64,000 nucleotides of DNA from a virus (Duplodnaviria; Caudoviricetes): positions 1 to 64,000 of IMG/VR virus record IMGVR_UViG_3300020336_000004; one strand, written 5' to 3'. Position numbers and translations under genes: made by a program. Shown one piece after another: positions 18,005-27,165 of this stretch. Under the pieces are notes generated by a model. The model did not search any database. It was not told where the DNA came from and worked only from the letters and a program-made list of their open reading frames with translations. The first letter of the stretch is position 1; each line of letters opens with the position of its first letter.

Positions 18005-18139
18005 TGGCTTTTCCTAGTCTTGTTATGTTATTTATCAGTATTAAACATTTAACCTAGCAGTTTTGTCTGCTCGTCATTTGCTAAATATTTTTGTAGGACG
18101 AGCAATCCTAACAACAAATAATCCATATAGGAGGACTTA

Positions 18140-18850
18140 ATGGGTGCAAAAAGAAAGCCTAGAAATAGGCAAAACTTTGAAAACGTTGTAGATTTCAACA
18201 AATTCCAAAAAAAACAGATTGTCCAAATACTTCCAAGAAACAAAAATCAAGAACATTATATGCTAAAATTGCTTGAACCAGGCAAAGATATTGTCTTTGG
18301 TATTGGTCCAGCAGGAACAGGCAAGACTATGTTAGCTGTACAAGTTGCAGTTAAATTGTTTAAAGAAGGTAAAGTAGACAGAATTGTAGTAACAAGACCA
18401 GCAGTAAGTGCTGATGAAGATCTTGGTCATTTACCAGGTACGCTAGAGGAAAAAATGGCGCCTTGGACAAGACCAATCTTTGATGTACTTAGAGAATATT
18501 TCCAAGCAAAGGAAATACAAGGAATGATTGCTGAAGGTATTATAGAAATATCACCATTAGCATACATGCGAGGTCGTACATTTAAAAAAGCATTTATATT
18601 AGCTGACGAGATGCAAAATGCAACTCCGAATCAAATGAAAATGTTGTTAACTAGAATTGGTGAAGGCTCTATGATGGCAGTAACCGGAGATTTAAATCAA
18701 GCAGATAGAATCAAAGATAATGGTTTAGTTGATTTTATATCGCAATTTAATAAACAATATTCGCACTTGGACATAGTCCGTTTTCAGCAAGGGGACATTG
18801 AAAGACATAATGCTGTGAAAGAAGTATTACAAATTTACGGTGATGAATAA
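18140..18850 (+). CDS. phoH: PhoH-family ATPase
   Basis: GPAGTGKT, LGHLPG, AYMRGRTF, DEMQN, GDLNQAD; strong SD GGAGG. Confidence 0.95.
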   Translation: MGAKRKPRNRQNFENVVDFNKFQKKQIVQILPRNKNQEHYMLKLLEPGKDIVFGIGPAGTGKTMLAVQVAVKLFKEGKVDRIVVTRPAVSADEDLGHLPGTLEEKMAPWTRPIFDVLREYFQAKEIQGMIAEGIIEISPLAYMRGRTFKKAFILADEMQNATPNQMKMLLTRIGEGSMMAVTGDLNQADRIKDNGLVDFISQFNKQYSHLDIVRFQQGDIERHNAVKEVLQIYGDE

Positions 18851-19981
18851 TTACTTTGTAAAGACGTAAACACCTTCAAATTTTTCTCGCCCTGAGAGTT
18901 TGTCATTTCCGACTCCAGGGCGAGTATTCAACATCATTTTTATAGTTGAATGATGTTTAAAACCTATTCTTTCAGCTGTTTGTATCCAGTCATCAACGAC
19001 TTTGTATTCTTTGTTTCCGTAGGTTTTATAATCCGCAATGTTTGTAGCAAATATTCCATCGTGGTTAAGACTGTTATAAATGTTCTCAATAGTAGGCTCA
19101 GCATATCCACTAAACCATTCGTCAAGGGTGCGATAACGTACCATACATTGTGTATCTTCATCTGAATATTTCTCCAAGTTAAAATACGGCGGCGAACTAA
19201 ATGCACAATCGATATCAGTTGGTTGATAATCTTCGCTAACATCTTGTATAATTGTTCCTCTAACACCAACTGCTTCGTCTAATAAATCGTTAAGATAATT
19301 TAAATATTTTACAGTTTCAGTATTAGGTTCAACACCGATATAGTTGTATTTCATATTGCTAGAACCAATCCCTAGCAATCTTCCTCCGTAGCCACAACTA
19401 TAATCATATACATTACCCCATAGTACAGGACATAGATGTTCTACTATACTTCTTGCATGTTGCGGTTTAAAATTTTGTACATTTTCACCTGTAACAAGTT
19501 CTAAAGCACGTCTTACGGCTGTAGGATAGCATAACTTATTACCTTCACGCATACTATAACATAGATTTATTGCACGTTTAAGTTTCTTATCATCGTAGAA
19601 TCTATCTTTTAAACTATTGTGGCCTCGTCCTTTTGGCTCAGCAGTCATCATGTTTGTAAATATAAATCTTGATATAGGTTGTCCTTTGTTATTACCTAAA
19701 CTTATTTTATTGTCTTTTACACTATTGTAACCTATACTTGCAAAATCACGTATTGCTCTTATAAGTCCTTGTTCAGTGTAGTATACAATAGGTACAAGAT
19801 TTATACTTCTATATAGATCAAAAACTTTTTGTACTGTACCTTCAGGATCTTTATTGTATGCTGGTTTGTCTAACGTGTCAAACTGATCGTAAACAGGTTC
19901 GTACCCTGTAAATTCATCCCCGCGAATATTACTATTTTGTATATTCCAAAAATTGTAAATTTCTTGGAGAACTAAATTCAT
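18851..19981 (-). CDS. Putative amino (N4-C/N6-A) DNA methyltransferase
   Basis: YDYSCGYGGRLLG (SAM-binding) and FSSPPYF (catalytic motif IV). Confidence 0.75.
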   Translation of the reverse strand: MNLVLQEIYNFWNIQNSNIRGDEFTGYEPVYDQFDTLDKPAYNKDPEGTVQKVFDLYRSINLVPIVYYTEQGLIRAIRDFASIGYNSVKDNKISLGNNKGQPISRFIFTNMMTAEPKGRGHNSLKDRFYDDKKLKRAINLCYSMREGNKLCYPTAVRRALELVTGENVQNFKPQHARSIVEHLCPVLWGNVYDYSCGYGGRLLGIGSSNMKYNYIGVEPNTETVKYLNYLNDLLDEAVGVRGTIIQDVSEDYQPTDIDCAFSSPPYFNLEKYSDEDTQCMVRYRTLDEWFSGYAEPTIENIYNSLNHDGIFATNIADYKTYGNKEYKVVDDWIQTAERIGFKHHSTIKMMLNTRPGVGNDKLSGREKFEGVYVFTK

Positions 19982-20640
19982 AGGTCATTCATTAAAGGAA
20001 AAATTTGACTGATAGCTTTTGCACATGCATGAGCAATTTCCATATGCTCTTTTTGAGTACCATTAGCACCACGTAAATCAATATAATGCACCCAACTACG
20101 AAGCGTACCATTCATATATAAACGTGTTTTAGTAAGACCTTCGGGTAATACCTTACGTGCTTGTTCTTTAGCAATGCCTTTTTTTAATGCCCAGTCGTAT
20201 TCTTTTTTAGCCCAATGTGCAACACGCATCTGTGCATGTAGCCAATCAAGTTGTAGTTTTTCGTCATCTACTTCTACTGAGTTTTGTCTGTTTTTTTCGT
20301 CTTGCAAACGTGCTTCACTGAATTCAAACATGTCTCCTTGTTCAGCAGGGTTAGCGTATCGTTGACTAAACTCTTGAAAAGCAAAACTACGATGTCGTAC
20401 AATTTGATGTGCAATATCACGAGTAGTGTCTATTTCTAATACTGCATTAACCATCTCAAGTGGCGACCAGTGTTGGTGTTTAATTAAATATTTTATAAGT
20501 TTTTCACTTGTCTCTGAATTAATCTGTGCTGAAGGATTACTTACTCTTGCACAAAATGCAATTAAGTCTTGTACATTTTCAATTCCTTCGTCTGCAAAAT
20601 CAGGTGTTGGTGTTGTATAACTTACTAGGCGAATGGCCAT
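19978..20640 (-). CDS. thyX: FAD-dependent thymidylate synthase
   Basis: HWSPLE, RHRSFAFQEFSQRY, EQARKVLP. Confidence 0.95.
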   Translation of the reverse strand: MAIRLVSYTTPTPDFADEGIENVQDLIAFCARVSNPSAQINSETSEKLIKYLIKHQHWSPLEMVNAVLEIDTTRDIAHQIVRHRSFAFQEFSQRYANPAEQGDMFEFSEARLQDEKNRQNSVEVDDEKLQLDWLHAQMRVAHWAKKEYDWALKKGIAKEQARKVLPEGLTKTRLYMNGTLRSWVHYIDLRGANGTQKEHMEIAHACAKAISQIFPLMNDL

Positions 20641-20816
20641 TCTTTTTTTTCTCCTTTTAGGTGTTTTAATCGATTTTCTAAAAACGATATAGTAGTATGT
20701 ATGTGTCCAGTGTCATGGGGCTCTATTAATGTTTTATAGTATGCTATTTCTTCTTCTAGTATATCTATTCTAACAAAGTCATTTAAAAATTTTTTGTTAC
20801 GTGTTACTTTTTGCAA
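20625..20816 (-). CDS. Small hypothetical protein
   Basis: 63 aa, PHDTGHIHT motif. Confidence 0.5.
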   Translation of the reverse strand: MQKVTRNKKFLNDFVRIDILEEEIAYYKTLIEPHDTGHIHTTISFLENRLKHLKGEKKEWPFA

Positions 20817-20818
20817 TC

Positions 20819-21172
20819 TTAATCGCCTTTTCCTGGTTCGTCACTAAAGTGATCAATAAATTTGTGTGGAATGTGTGCCCACTTTTCTGCATCAGCAGGA
20901 ACATCTTCTTCTCGTTTTTTTGTAATGTTAGGCCAACGTGTAGAATATTCTCTATTTAAATTTTCCCATTTAACTGCATCTTCTGGGCTAAATGCAGATT
21001 CAGACTGTATAGCGTCTACAGGGCACTCAGGTTCACATACTCCGCAATCGATACAAATGTCAGGATCAATCACAAGCATGTTTTCACCTTCAAAAAAGCA
21101 ATCCACAGGACAAACTTCTACACAGTCCATATGTTTACATTTGATACAGTTGTCGTTGACTAAGTACGCCAT
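20819..21172 (-). CDS. fdxA: Ferredoxin, FdxA (7Fe/8Fe) type
   Basis: [18 protein letters not shown]...[26 protein letters not shown]. Confidence 0.9.
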   Translation of the reverse strand: MAYLVNDNCIKCKHMDCVEVCPVDCFFEGENMLVIDPDICIDCGVCEPECPVDAIQSESAFSPEDAVKWENLNREYSTRWPNITKKREEDVPADAEKWAHIPHKFIDHFSDEPGKGD

Positions 21173-21321
21173 TAAGAAGCTATTACGCTAGTCAACACCA
21201 ATATACACATGCACAATGCTGTGAGTGTGAGTACAGTCCATATCTGATCTCGGAGGTCTTGTTTGCTGTTCCACAAGCCCATCGCTTTTAGTGTTTTCTT
21301 AATCTTCATATTTTTTTATTT

Positions 21322-22236
21322 TCATAATCTTGCTAAACGGATTAGTGTAGCCGCTAAGTTAATCTCTGGATCAACTACCAGCGTATGATCAACTAACCCT
21401 TGCTTAATAATTAGCACTGCTTGATCTTGCTGTTCTTCAGATCCGAACAATTCAATGTTGTCATACAGCCAACGATAAATCTCTTCCATTTCTTCTGGAC
21501 GAACCGCACCACAAAGCATTTTACGTGCTTCTTGTATCTTGCCTGCCTTAAACAATTCAACCATATCAAGTTTCCAATCAGCTTCGCCAGTGTCACCTTC
21601 ATTGGGCTTTAGCAAACTGTTGTCTTGTACATTCATTTGTACTGTGTTAATGCATTTACGCAAGTCTGGATATGTTGCTTTTACATATGTATCTAGCGTA
21701 TCCAAATCAGGAGTAACACCTTCAGTGATAAGTATTTCAGCGACTCGAGCTGTGAACTCAGTTTGGTCAATTTTAGCAATGTGGAAACCTTGACACCTAC
21801 TATGCAAAGCGGGAATAACACGATTTGGATAGTTACAAGTAAGAATGAAACGAGCAGTAGTATGATACTCTTCCATAACACCACGCAACGCCGCTTGAGC
21901 GTTTGGAGATAAGTAGTCAGCCTCATCTAATAATACAACCTTAAATTCCCCAAATGGAATCATTTGTACAAAGTTTACAATTTTATCACGTACATCATCT
22001 ACTGAGTTTGTTCGCGATGCGTTTATTTCAAGAATATCTAATTCTTGTATTTCAAGTTCGTTGAATAGTAATTTTGCAAGTGTAGTTTTACCAATGCCTG
22101 CATTACCACTAAACAGCAAATGTGGAATAGTTTTTTCTTTAATCCAAGTTTTTACTTGATTACGTTGTGCTTCATCTCGAAACACATAACCGTCTACCGT
22201 CTTAGGACGATACTTTTCTACCCATAATTCTTTCAA
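21322..22236 (-). CDS. Sliding-clamp loader AAA+ subunit (gp44/RFC-like)
   Basis: LWVEKYRP, GNAGIGKTT, LDEADYL, SRC motif. Confidence 0.92.
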   Translation of the reverse strand: MKELWVEKYRPKTVDGYVFRDEAQRNQVKTWIKEKTIPHLLFSGNAGIGKTTLAKLLFNELEIQELDILEINASRTNSVDDVRDKIVNFVQMIPFGEFKVVLLDEADYLSPNAQAALRGVMEEYHTTARFILTCNYPNRVIPALHSRCQGFHIAKIDQTEFTARVAEILITEGVTPDLDTLDTYVKATYPDLRKCINTVQMNVQDNSLLKPNEGDTGEADWKLDMVELFKAGKIQEARKMLCGAVRPEEMEEIYRWLYDNIELFGSEEQQDQAVLIIKQGLVDHTLVVDPEINLAATLIRLARL

Positions 22237-22766
22237 CGTTCAACTCCTAGTTCTTTGTATGCAATTTGGATTGCTTTTGATTGATAGTATGCATCTGCTA
22301 ATGCATTATGTAAGTCATTTTGTATTGCTTTACGAGGATCTTGGTTGCAACACCCAAAAAGTGTTCTAGAATCCCGTATTTGCCAGAAGTTCCACGGAAT
22401 AGGTAATCCGCCTTGGCGGAACATGTCTTCCATAATGGTGTAGTCAAAACCATATCCTTGTCCCCAAAACGTATCAATACCAACACTCCACTTACAAATC
22501 TGCTTTAAAGCCTCATCTACTGTGATTGCGTTAGTTTGATCAAATGCTTCTTCTTTAATTTCTTCTTTTTGAAGACTCCACCATTCTATTGTGCTATCGC
22601 TTACACTTCTGCTCAAACGGTCTTGATCGTCTATACTTATTTTTAAGTATAATTCATCATAAGGTTCTTTGTTATTTGTAGGATTGAATTTCACAGCACC
22701 TAAAGAAAGCACTGTCGCACTAGGCTTAGTGTCTAAAGTTTCAAGATCAATTGTTCCGTGTATCAA
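22233..22766 (-). CDS. DEDDh 3'-5' exonuclease (DexA-like)
   Basis: IDLETL, GFDYTI, RDSRT, HNALADA. Confidence 0.85.
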   Translation of the reverse strand: MIHGTIDLETLDTKPSATVLSLGAVKFNPTNNKEPYDELYLKISIDDQDRLSRSVSDSTIEWWSLQKEEIKEEAFDQTNAITVDEALKQICKWSVGIDTFWGQGYGFDYTIMEDMFRQGGLPIPWNFWQIRDSRTLFGCCNQDPRKAIQNDLHNALADAYYQSKAIQIAYKELGVER

Positions 22767-22788
22767 AATGTACTCCTAATTTTATGTT

Positions 22789-22817
22789 ATTGTAGCATAT
22801 GATACACACAATGTCAA
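22789..22817 (-). promoter_or_regulatory. Sigma70-type promoter
   Basis: TTGACA-N17-TACAAT. Confidence 0.75.
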
Positions 22818-22958
22818 GGATTTTCTTGTCGATATTGTTCGTAAATTTTCCAAAACTCCCAAGTTATAAAAAGCCAAATTCCACCAATCCAGTTTCCATA
22901 TAACGTACCCATAATTCCTATATAGAAAAGATGAGTAAATAAAATTATTGACACATAA

Positions 22959-23525
22959 TCAATTATTTTCAACGTAGTCAAATATTTCGTCCCAGTTTTT
23001 TGCTCTAAAAACATGCCCATTTTTAAAGTCTTGGTTATAATGATGATCTATTAATATTGGAAAATGATCTGCTTTTAAGCCAGCTAAACAATTTACAGGT
23101 TTGTCTTCTATCCAAAAATGGCTATCATATTCAGCAAGAATATCATCTTTGTCTGCTCCTGTACCAATGCATCTAATTCTACTAAAAGCATCGTGGCCAA
23201 AAATATTTACTAAGTTTTGTGAACGTAGCTCACTTGCATATCTGTCATTAGATAAACTTGTAATACATTCAAATGTATAACCTGCATCTACAAATTTACG
23301 AACACCATTATATGCATCACGTAATACAGGAAGATACCCAATCCAAGCACTTTCGTTAAAACGTTTTACAAGATCATCTGCTAGGTCTTGTGGAATTTCA
23401 TATCTGCTTGATTGTTTGTAGTCACTGTAGTTTACCGGTTGATATCCTTGTTTGGTCATCCAGTTGTCAAATGATATTTCCCAGTCTAGAAGTACACCGT
23501 CAACGTCTGTTAAAATCTTTTTCAT
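22959..23525 (-). CDS. HAD-family phosphatase / 5'-nucleotidase-like protein
   Basis: ILTDVDGVLLDW, WIEDK. Confidence 0.8.
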   Translation of the reverse strand: MKKILTDVDGVLLDWEISFDNWMTKQGYQPVNYSDYKQSSRYEIPQDLADDLVKRFNESAWIGYLPVLRDAYNGVRKFVDAGYTFECITSLSNDRYASELRSQNLVNIFGHDAFSRIRCIGTGADKDDILAEYDSHFWIEDKPVNCLAGLKADHFPILIDHHYNQDFKNGHVFRAKNWDEIFDYVENN

Positions 23526-23568
23526 CTTTGTCCTTTGTATTCTTCTTTTGCTTGATCTTCACTCATAA

Positions 23569-24126
23569 TTAATCCCACAAACTTTCAAAATACTTTCCAA
23601 ACAAACGGAAACCATTTGAAATACGTTCTTGTTCCACACCGGCTTGATCATCAATATCTTTGTTTGCCTTACAGTTAAAAGCATAAATCATTTCGTCCAT
23701 AACCCAATCCCAACGTTTGAAGAAGTCAGGATCAGTTTCACCGTTCTTAGAATATTTTTCGTACCATTCTGGCTCTGGACGCAGTTCTTCTGGTACATCC
23801 TCATAGTCTACAAAAGGAGCACCGTGTTTGGTCGCTTTCAATTGTACAAGCATGGGCAAGATGATAGGAGCAAGTGTATGATCCATACTCCAAGTGTCTT
23901 GTCTGTCAATACGAATCTTGACTTTTTGTTTACGTCTGTCAAACCAGATCCAGTTGAACACATTGTACACGCTCTGTACAGCATCTTCAAACAGTTCAAG
24001 ACTACGTTGGAATCGTGTTTGTTGTTCTGGTTCAGGCCAATCCACATAGCCATACTTGCTATCCATGTAGCGTGTATGAACACGACAGATCAATCTGTTT
24101 GGATAGTCGCCAATGTAAACTTTCAT
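23569..24126 (-). CDS. Hypothetical T4-like phage protein
   Basis: DTWSMDHTLA...WDWVMDEMIYAF...GFRLFGKY. Confidence 0.65.
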   Translation of the reverse strand: MKVYIGDYPNRLICRVHTRYMDSKYGYVDWPEPEQQTRFQRSLELFEDAVQSVYNVFNWIWFDRRKQKVKIRIDRQDTWSMDHTLAPIILPMLVQLKATKHGAPFVDYEDVPEELRPEPEWYEKYSKNGETDPDFFKRWDWVMDEMIYAFNCKANKDIDDQAGVEQERISNGFRLFGKYFESLWD

Positions 24127-24548
24127 TCTCTTCCTTTTGCAATATATTTTATTGCATTTTCTAATACTTTAATATCGTCTTGTAATTGGCCAATAGCTCT
24201 ATTACAAGTATGACAGATCCAACCACGGAACTGATGAGTTTTATGATCATGGTCTAAGCACCAATGACCTGACTTTTTGCCTCCTGCACCTCTAACTTGA
24301 TCTGCTGTTTTTTCACATATAGGACATGTGTGATTTTCAGGGGGCGGAGGAGTAATAGCTTTTAATTCACGCCTTACCTTATTTAAAAGACTGTTGCAAC
24401 TATTGCATTCAGATCTGCGATACTTTGCACCACTAGAGCGACCAAAGTTTTCTATTGATTGATCAATGCCACATTTACTACAAACTTTTGTAACATCGTT
24501 ATAAGTCGCCTTCTTTTCGATTTTCTGAGTAATGGACATTAAATTCAC
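24123..24548 (-). CDS. Endonuclease VII-domain (His-Me) nuclease
   Basis: CPIC...LDHDH...RGWICHTCNRAIG. Confidence 0.8.
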   Translation of the reverse strand: MNLMSITQKIEKKATYNDVTKVCSKCGIDQSIENFGRSSGAKYRRSECNSCNSLLNKVRRELKAITPPPPENHTCPICEKTADQVRGAGGKKSGHWCLDHDHKTHQFRGWICHTCNRAIGQLQDDIKVLENAIKYIAKGRE

Positions 24549-24903
24549 CGCCTGGATATCTAGCCTTTAATTTTTCTACGTTTTCTTCTATGACTTCATT
24601 GGGGTCAAGATCCAAAGCACGGCAAGAATTAATCCAATACCACATAATGTCCCCAAGTTCTCGTTTAGCATGAAACTTAGTTTCATCATCCAAAGGTTTA
24701 CCTTGGAATACACATTTTTTAACAATTTCAGCAAATTCGCCTCCTTCACTGGCAATGCCTATGGCTCCTGTCATTAACAGGGATATATTAACATCGTCGT
24801 TTAATTCATGCAACCGAGCTTGTGTATAAGCCCAATCGTTTGACTCTTCCGATGTTACTTCCTGTACAAAGTCTTTGTACTTGTTTAAATCAACTTGGTT
24901 CAT
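24499..24903 (-). CDS. mazG: MazG-like nucleotide pyrophosphohydrolase
   Basis: EGGEFAEIVKK, ELGDIMWY, NVEKLKARYP. Confidence 0.88.
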   Translation of the reverse strand: MNQVDLNKYKDFVQEVTSEESNDWAYTQARLHELNDDVNISLLMTGAIGIASEGGEFAEIVKKCVFQGKPLDDETKFHAKRELGDIMWYWINSCRALDLDPNEVIEENVEKLKARYPGGEFNVHYSENRKEGDL

Positions 24904-25004
24904 ATTAAGATACCTGTAGTGCTACATAGATTAAAACTCCAAGTATACTGAAATTAATAATCATATTGATATAATTTGGATTTGGTGTCATGTTATTTTA
25001 CCTT

Positions 25005-25403
25005 TTAATTCATGAAAGATTCTGGTCTAATTTCAGCAGGTCCATTACTGAATTCTTGACCAATGGATACGTCAGTTGGTTTTTCATCTGAATATGCTAA
25101 CACACTTTCAGCTTCAACCATTCGGAGAGTAAATTCTTGTCCGTCATCATCAATTAACATTCCACGTGTCCAACGTCCATGTGTAATTAAAATCCAATCA
25201 CCAACTTTATACTCGTCCTTGTTTGCGGGGCCTTTTGCATATACTTTGCCCCAGCGAGGGTAAACACCCCTTGCCTTTCCGTCATCACTACTAATAATGA
25301 TTCCGCCTCGTGTTACTTGTTCACCAAACTCCATGTCTGATACAAGTATCCTATTGCCAATAGCTCTTAGTTTGCCTTTTATAGCATTGGTGTTAATTGC
25401 CAT
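25005..25403 (-). CDS. groES: GroES-like co-chaperonin
   Basis: LRAIGNRILV, TRGGIII, GKVYAKGP, VGDWIL. Confidence 0.75.
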   Translation of the reverse strand: MAINTNAIKGKLRAIGNRILVSDMEFGEQVTRGGIIISSDDGKARGVYPRWGKVYAKGPANKDEYKVGDWILITHGRWTRGMLIDDDGQEFTLRMVEAESVLAYSDEKPTDVSIGQEFSNGPAEIRPESFMN

Positions 25404-25412
25404 TCTATCCTC

Positions 25413-25760
25413 TTATTTTTTTACAAAATTGCCGTCGTCGTCTTCAACCCAATCATCATCTGATTTAACATCTTCAGCAACTACTTCTTCATCTACAACT
25501 TCAGATTCTTCGTTTGCTTCAGCGTTACGTTTGACAGGGTGTTCAACTGGTGTACCAGGATTGTTTTCGTAATGTTCACGCATAACTTGTTCTCTAGTAC
25601 GGATAATTTTACCGCCAGGGCCTAATTCGTCTCCTCTTGCATTAACTTTTGCATTACCTACTGCAACTGTTAATTCATTTTTTTGACGAAGAAGATCCAT
25701 GTCTACAACTTTACCCGTCATAGTTTTATAAGTTTTACGACCTGTTTGTTTTATAGCCAT
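25413..25760 (-). CDS. Hypothetical large-phage protein
   Basis: AVGNAKVNARGDELGPGG motif, acidic tail, SD upstream. Confidence 0.6.
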   Translation of the reverse strand: MAIKQTGRKTYKTMTGKVVDMDLLRQKNELTVAVGNAKVNARGDELGPGGKIIRTREQVMREHYENNPGTPVEHPVKRNAEANEESEVVDEEVVAEDVKSDDDWVEDDDGNFVKK

Positions 25761-25781
25761 ATTTTTCTCCTATGTTATTAC

Positions 25782-26306
25782 TTATCTCATGAACTCGTTG
25801 AAGTCCAGGTCAAAGTGGATGCTATCTACTTTGTGTATGCCGATCAAGTATAATATATAACTTGCAACGCTTGATCCTCTACCTACACCCCAAACGATAT
25901 TTTCTTTTCTCATTAGTGCTACTAAGAATATAAGAAATCTTAATAATTGAAATAAATTACGTCTTTCATACTCTTCTAGCTCTAATTTTACTCTTGCATA
26001 TTCTGGAAAACTCTTTGGTACTATTGATTCAAAATAATTCCATAAGTCTAAGTTTTTATATTCTTCTGGCATAAACCACTCAGACTGTAAAGTACTATCA
26101 AACTCTTGTTGATTTACATCTAGTTTTTGATATTTTGATAGAGTAGGCAGTCCGTTACTTTGTGCTAATTTATTAAAAGCATCAATGTCAACAGTTTCAT
26201 CACATAGTACTTGTGTACATTCATCAATATGTCCTTGATAAATCATATTGACAAGATCTTTATGAGAAAACTTTGGAACGCCTAGAGAATCTACTTTCAT
26301 ATACAT
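25782..26306 (-). CDS. DNA polymerase III alpha (DnaE) fragment, probable split polymerase subunit
   Basis: RVKLELEEY...WGVGRGSSVASYILYLIGIHKVD matches the DnaE GRGS region. Confidence 0.75.
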   Translation of the reverse strand: MYMKVDSLGVPKFSHKDLVNMIYQGHIDECTQVLCDETVDIDAFNKLAQSNGLPTLSKYQKLDVNQQEFDSTLQSEWFMPEEYKNLDLWNYFESIVPKSFPEYARVKLELEEYERRNLFQLLRFLIFLVALMRKENIVWGVGRGSSVASYILYLIGIHKVDSIHFDLDFNEFMR

Positions 26307-26315
26307 ACTACTATA

Positions 26316-26549
26316 TTAGTTGATTTTTATTAGATTGTCAAGATCTTTATTACCATTATCATCTTGTTTTTGGTCTTTTTGACGCATTTTTGTTTTAAGT
26401 TCTTCTTTAAACATATCTAATGTTACTGATATTTGCATTCTTACGTCAGGATTGTTAGTTTGCCAATACTTTTTTGACAAACTATCTATGTTTTTTAGTA
26501 ATTCGTTTTCTGATAGTTCGGAAAGATTATCCAGTAACGGATTAAACAT
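26316..26549 (-). CDS. Hypothetical protein
   Basis: 77-aa ORF. Confidence 0.55.
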   Translation of the reverse strand: MFNPLLDNLSELSENELLKNIDSLSKKYWQTNNPDVRMQISVTLDMFKEELKTKMRQKDQKQDDNGNKDLDNLIKIN

Positions 26550-26550
26550 T

Positions 26551-27135
26551 TTAGCTGAATGTACCTATGTAACTAGCATATACAACTAGCCCTGCATCAT
26601 CAGTAAAGAAATCAACAAAGGTTTTGTTTGCACCAATAATTAAAGAATCGCCTGTCCACGCAGCATTCCCATCAGTTTTAACAGTACCACCGCCTGATGC
26701 TGCAAAAGATACAGTTTGATTTGTACTTCCGCCTCTAACAAGTCCTACTCTAATTCTTGCATACTTACCTGTTGCAGGCCAAGCAGCAAGTGTTAATGTA
26801 ACAGTGTCATCAGTTGAACTTGCATCAACTGTAATTAATTGATAATGTCCATCAGTAAAATTAATGCTGTTAGTTGTTGTATCGTTTTTTGTTACAGGAC
26901 CATAAACTTCTTCTGTGTTAGCAATAAAGTTTGCTTCGCTAATATTATTACCATTAAAATCATTAGCAGAATTTAGTTTAGCAGCCGTTGATTGCAATGT
27001 AGTAATTTCAGTAGCAGCTGTTTCAAGATTAGTTTTTACATTTGTAAAGTTATCTCTAAATCCTTGAGAATCGTTATCTTGTCCTGCGACAGGATAAGCA
27101 GCATTTAAGCCTGTTGTTGAAATATTACTTGCCAT
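26551..27135 (-). CDS. Virion structural protein (tail/baseplate-associated)
   Basis: YPVAGQDNDSQGFRDNF N-terminus; late motif at 27154-27161. Confidence 0.6.
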   Translation of the reverse strand: MASNISTTGLNAAYPVAGQDNDSQGFRDNFTNVKTNLETAATEITTLQSTAAKLNSANDFNGNNISEANFIANTEEVYGPVTKNDTTTNSINFTDGHYQLITVDASSTDDTVTLTLAAWPATGKYARIRVGLVRGGSTNQTVSFAASGGGTVKTDGNAAWTGDSLIIGANKTFVDFFTDDAGLVVYASYIGTFS

Positions 27136-27165
27136 ATTGTTTATCTCCTATTGTATTTATCTTTA

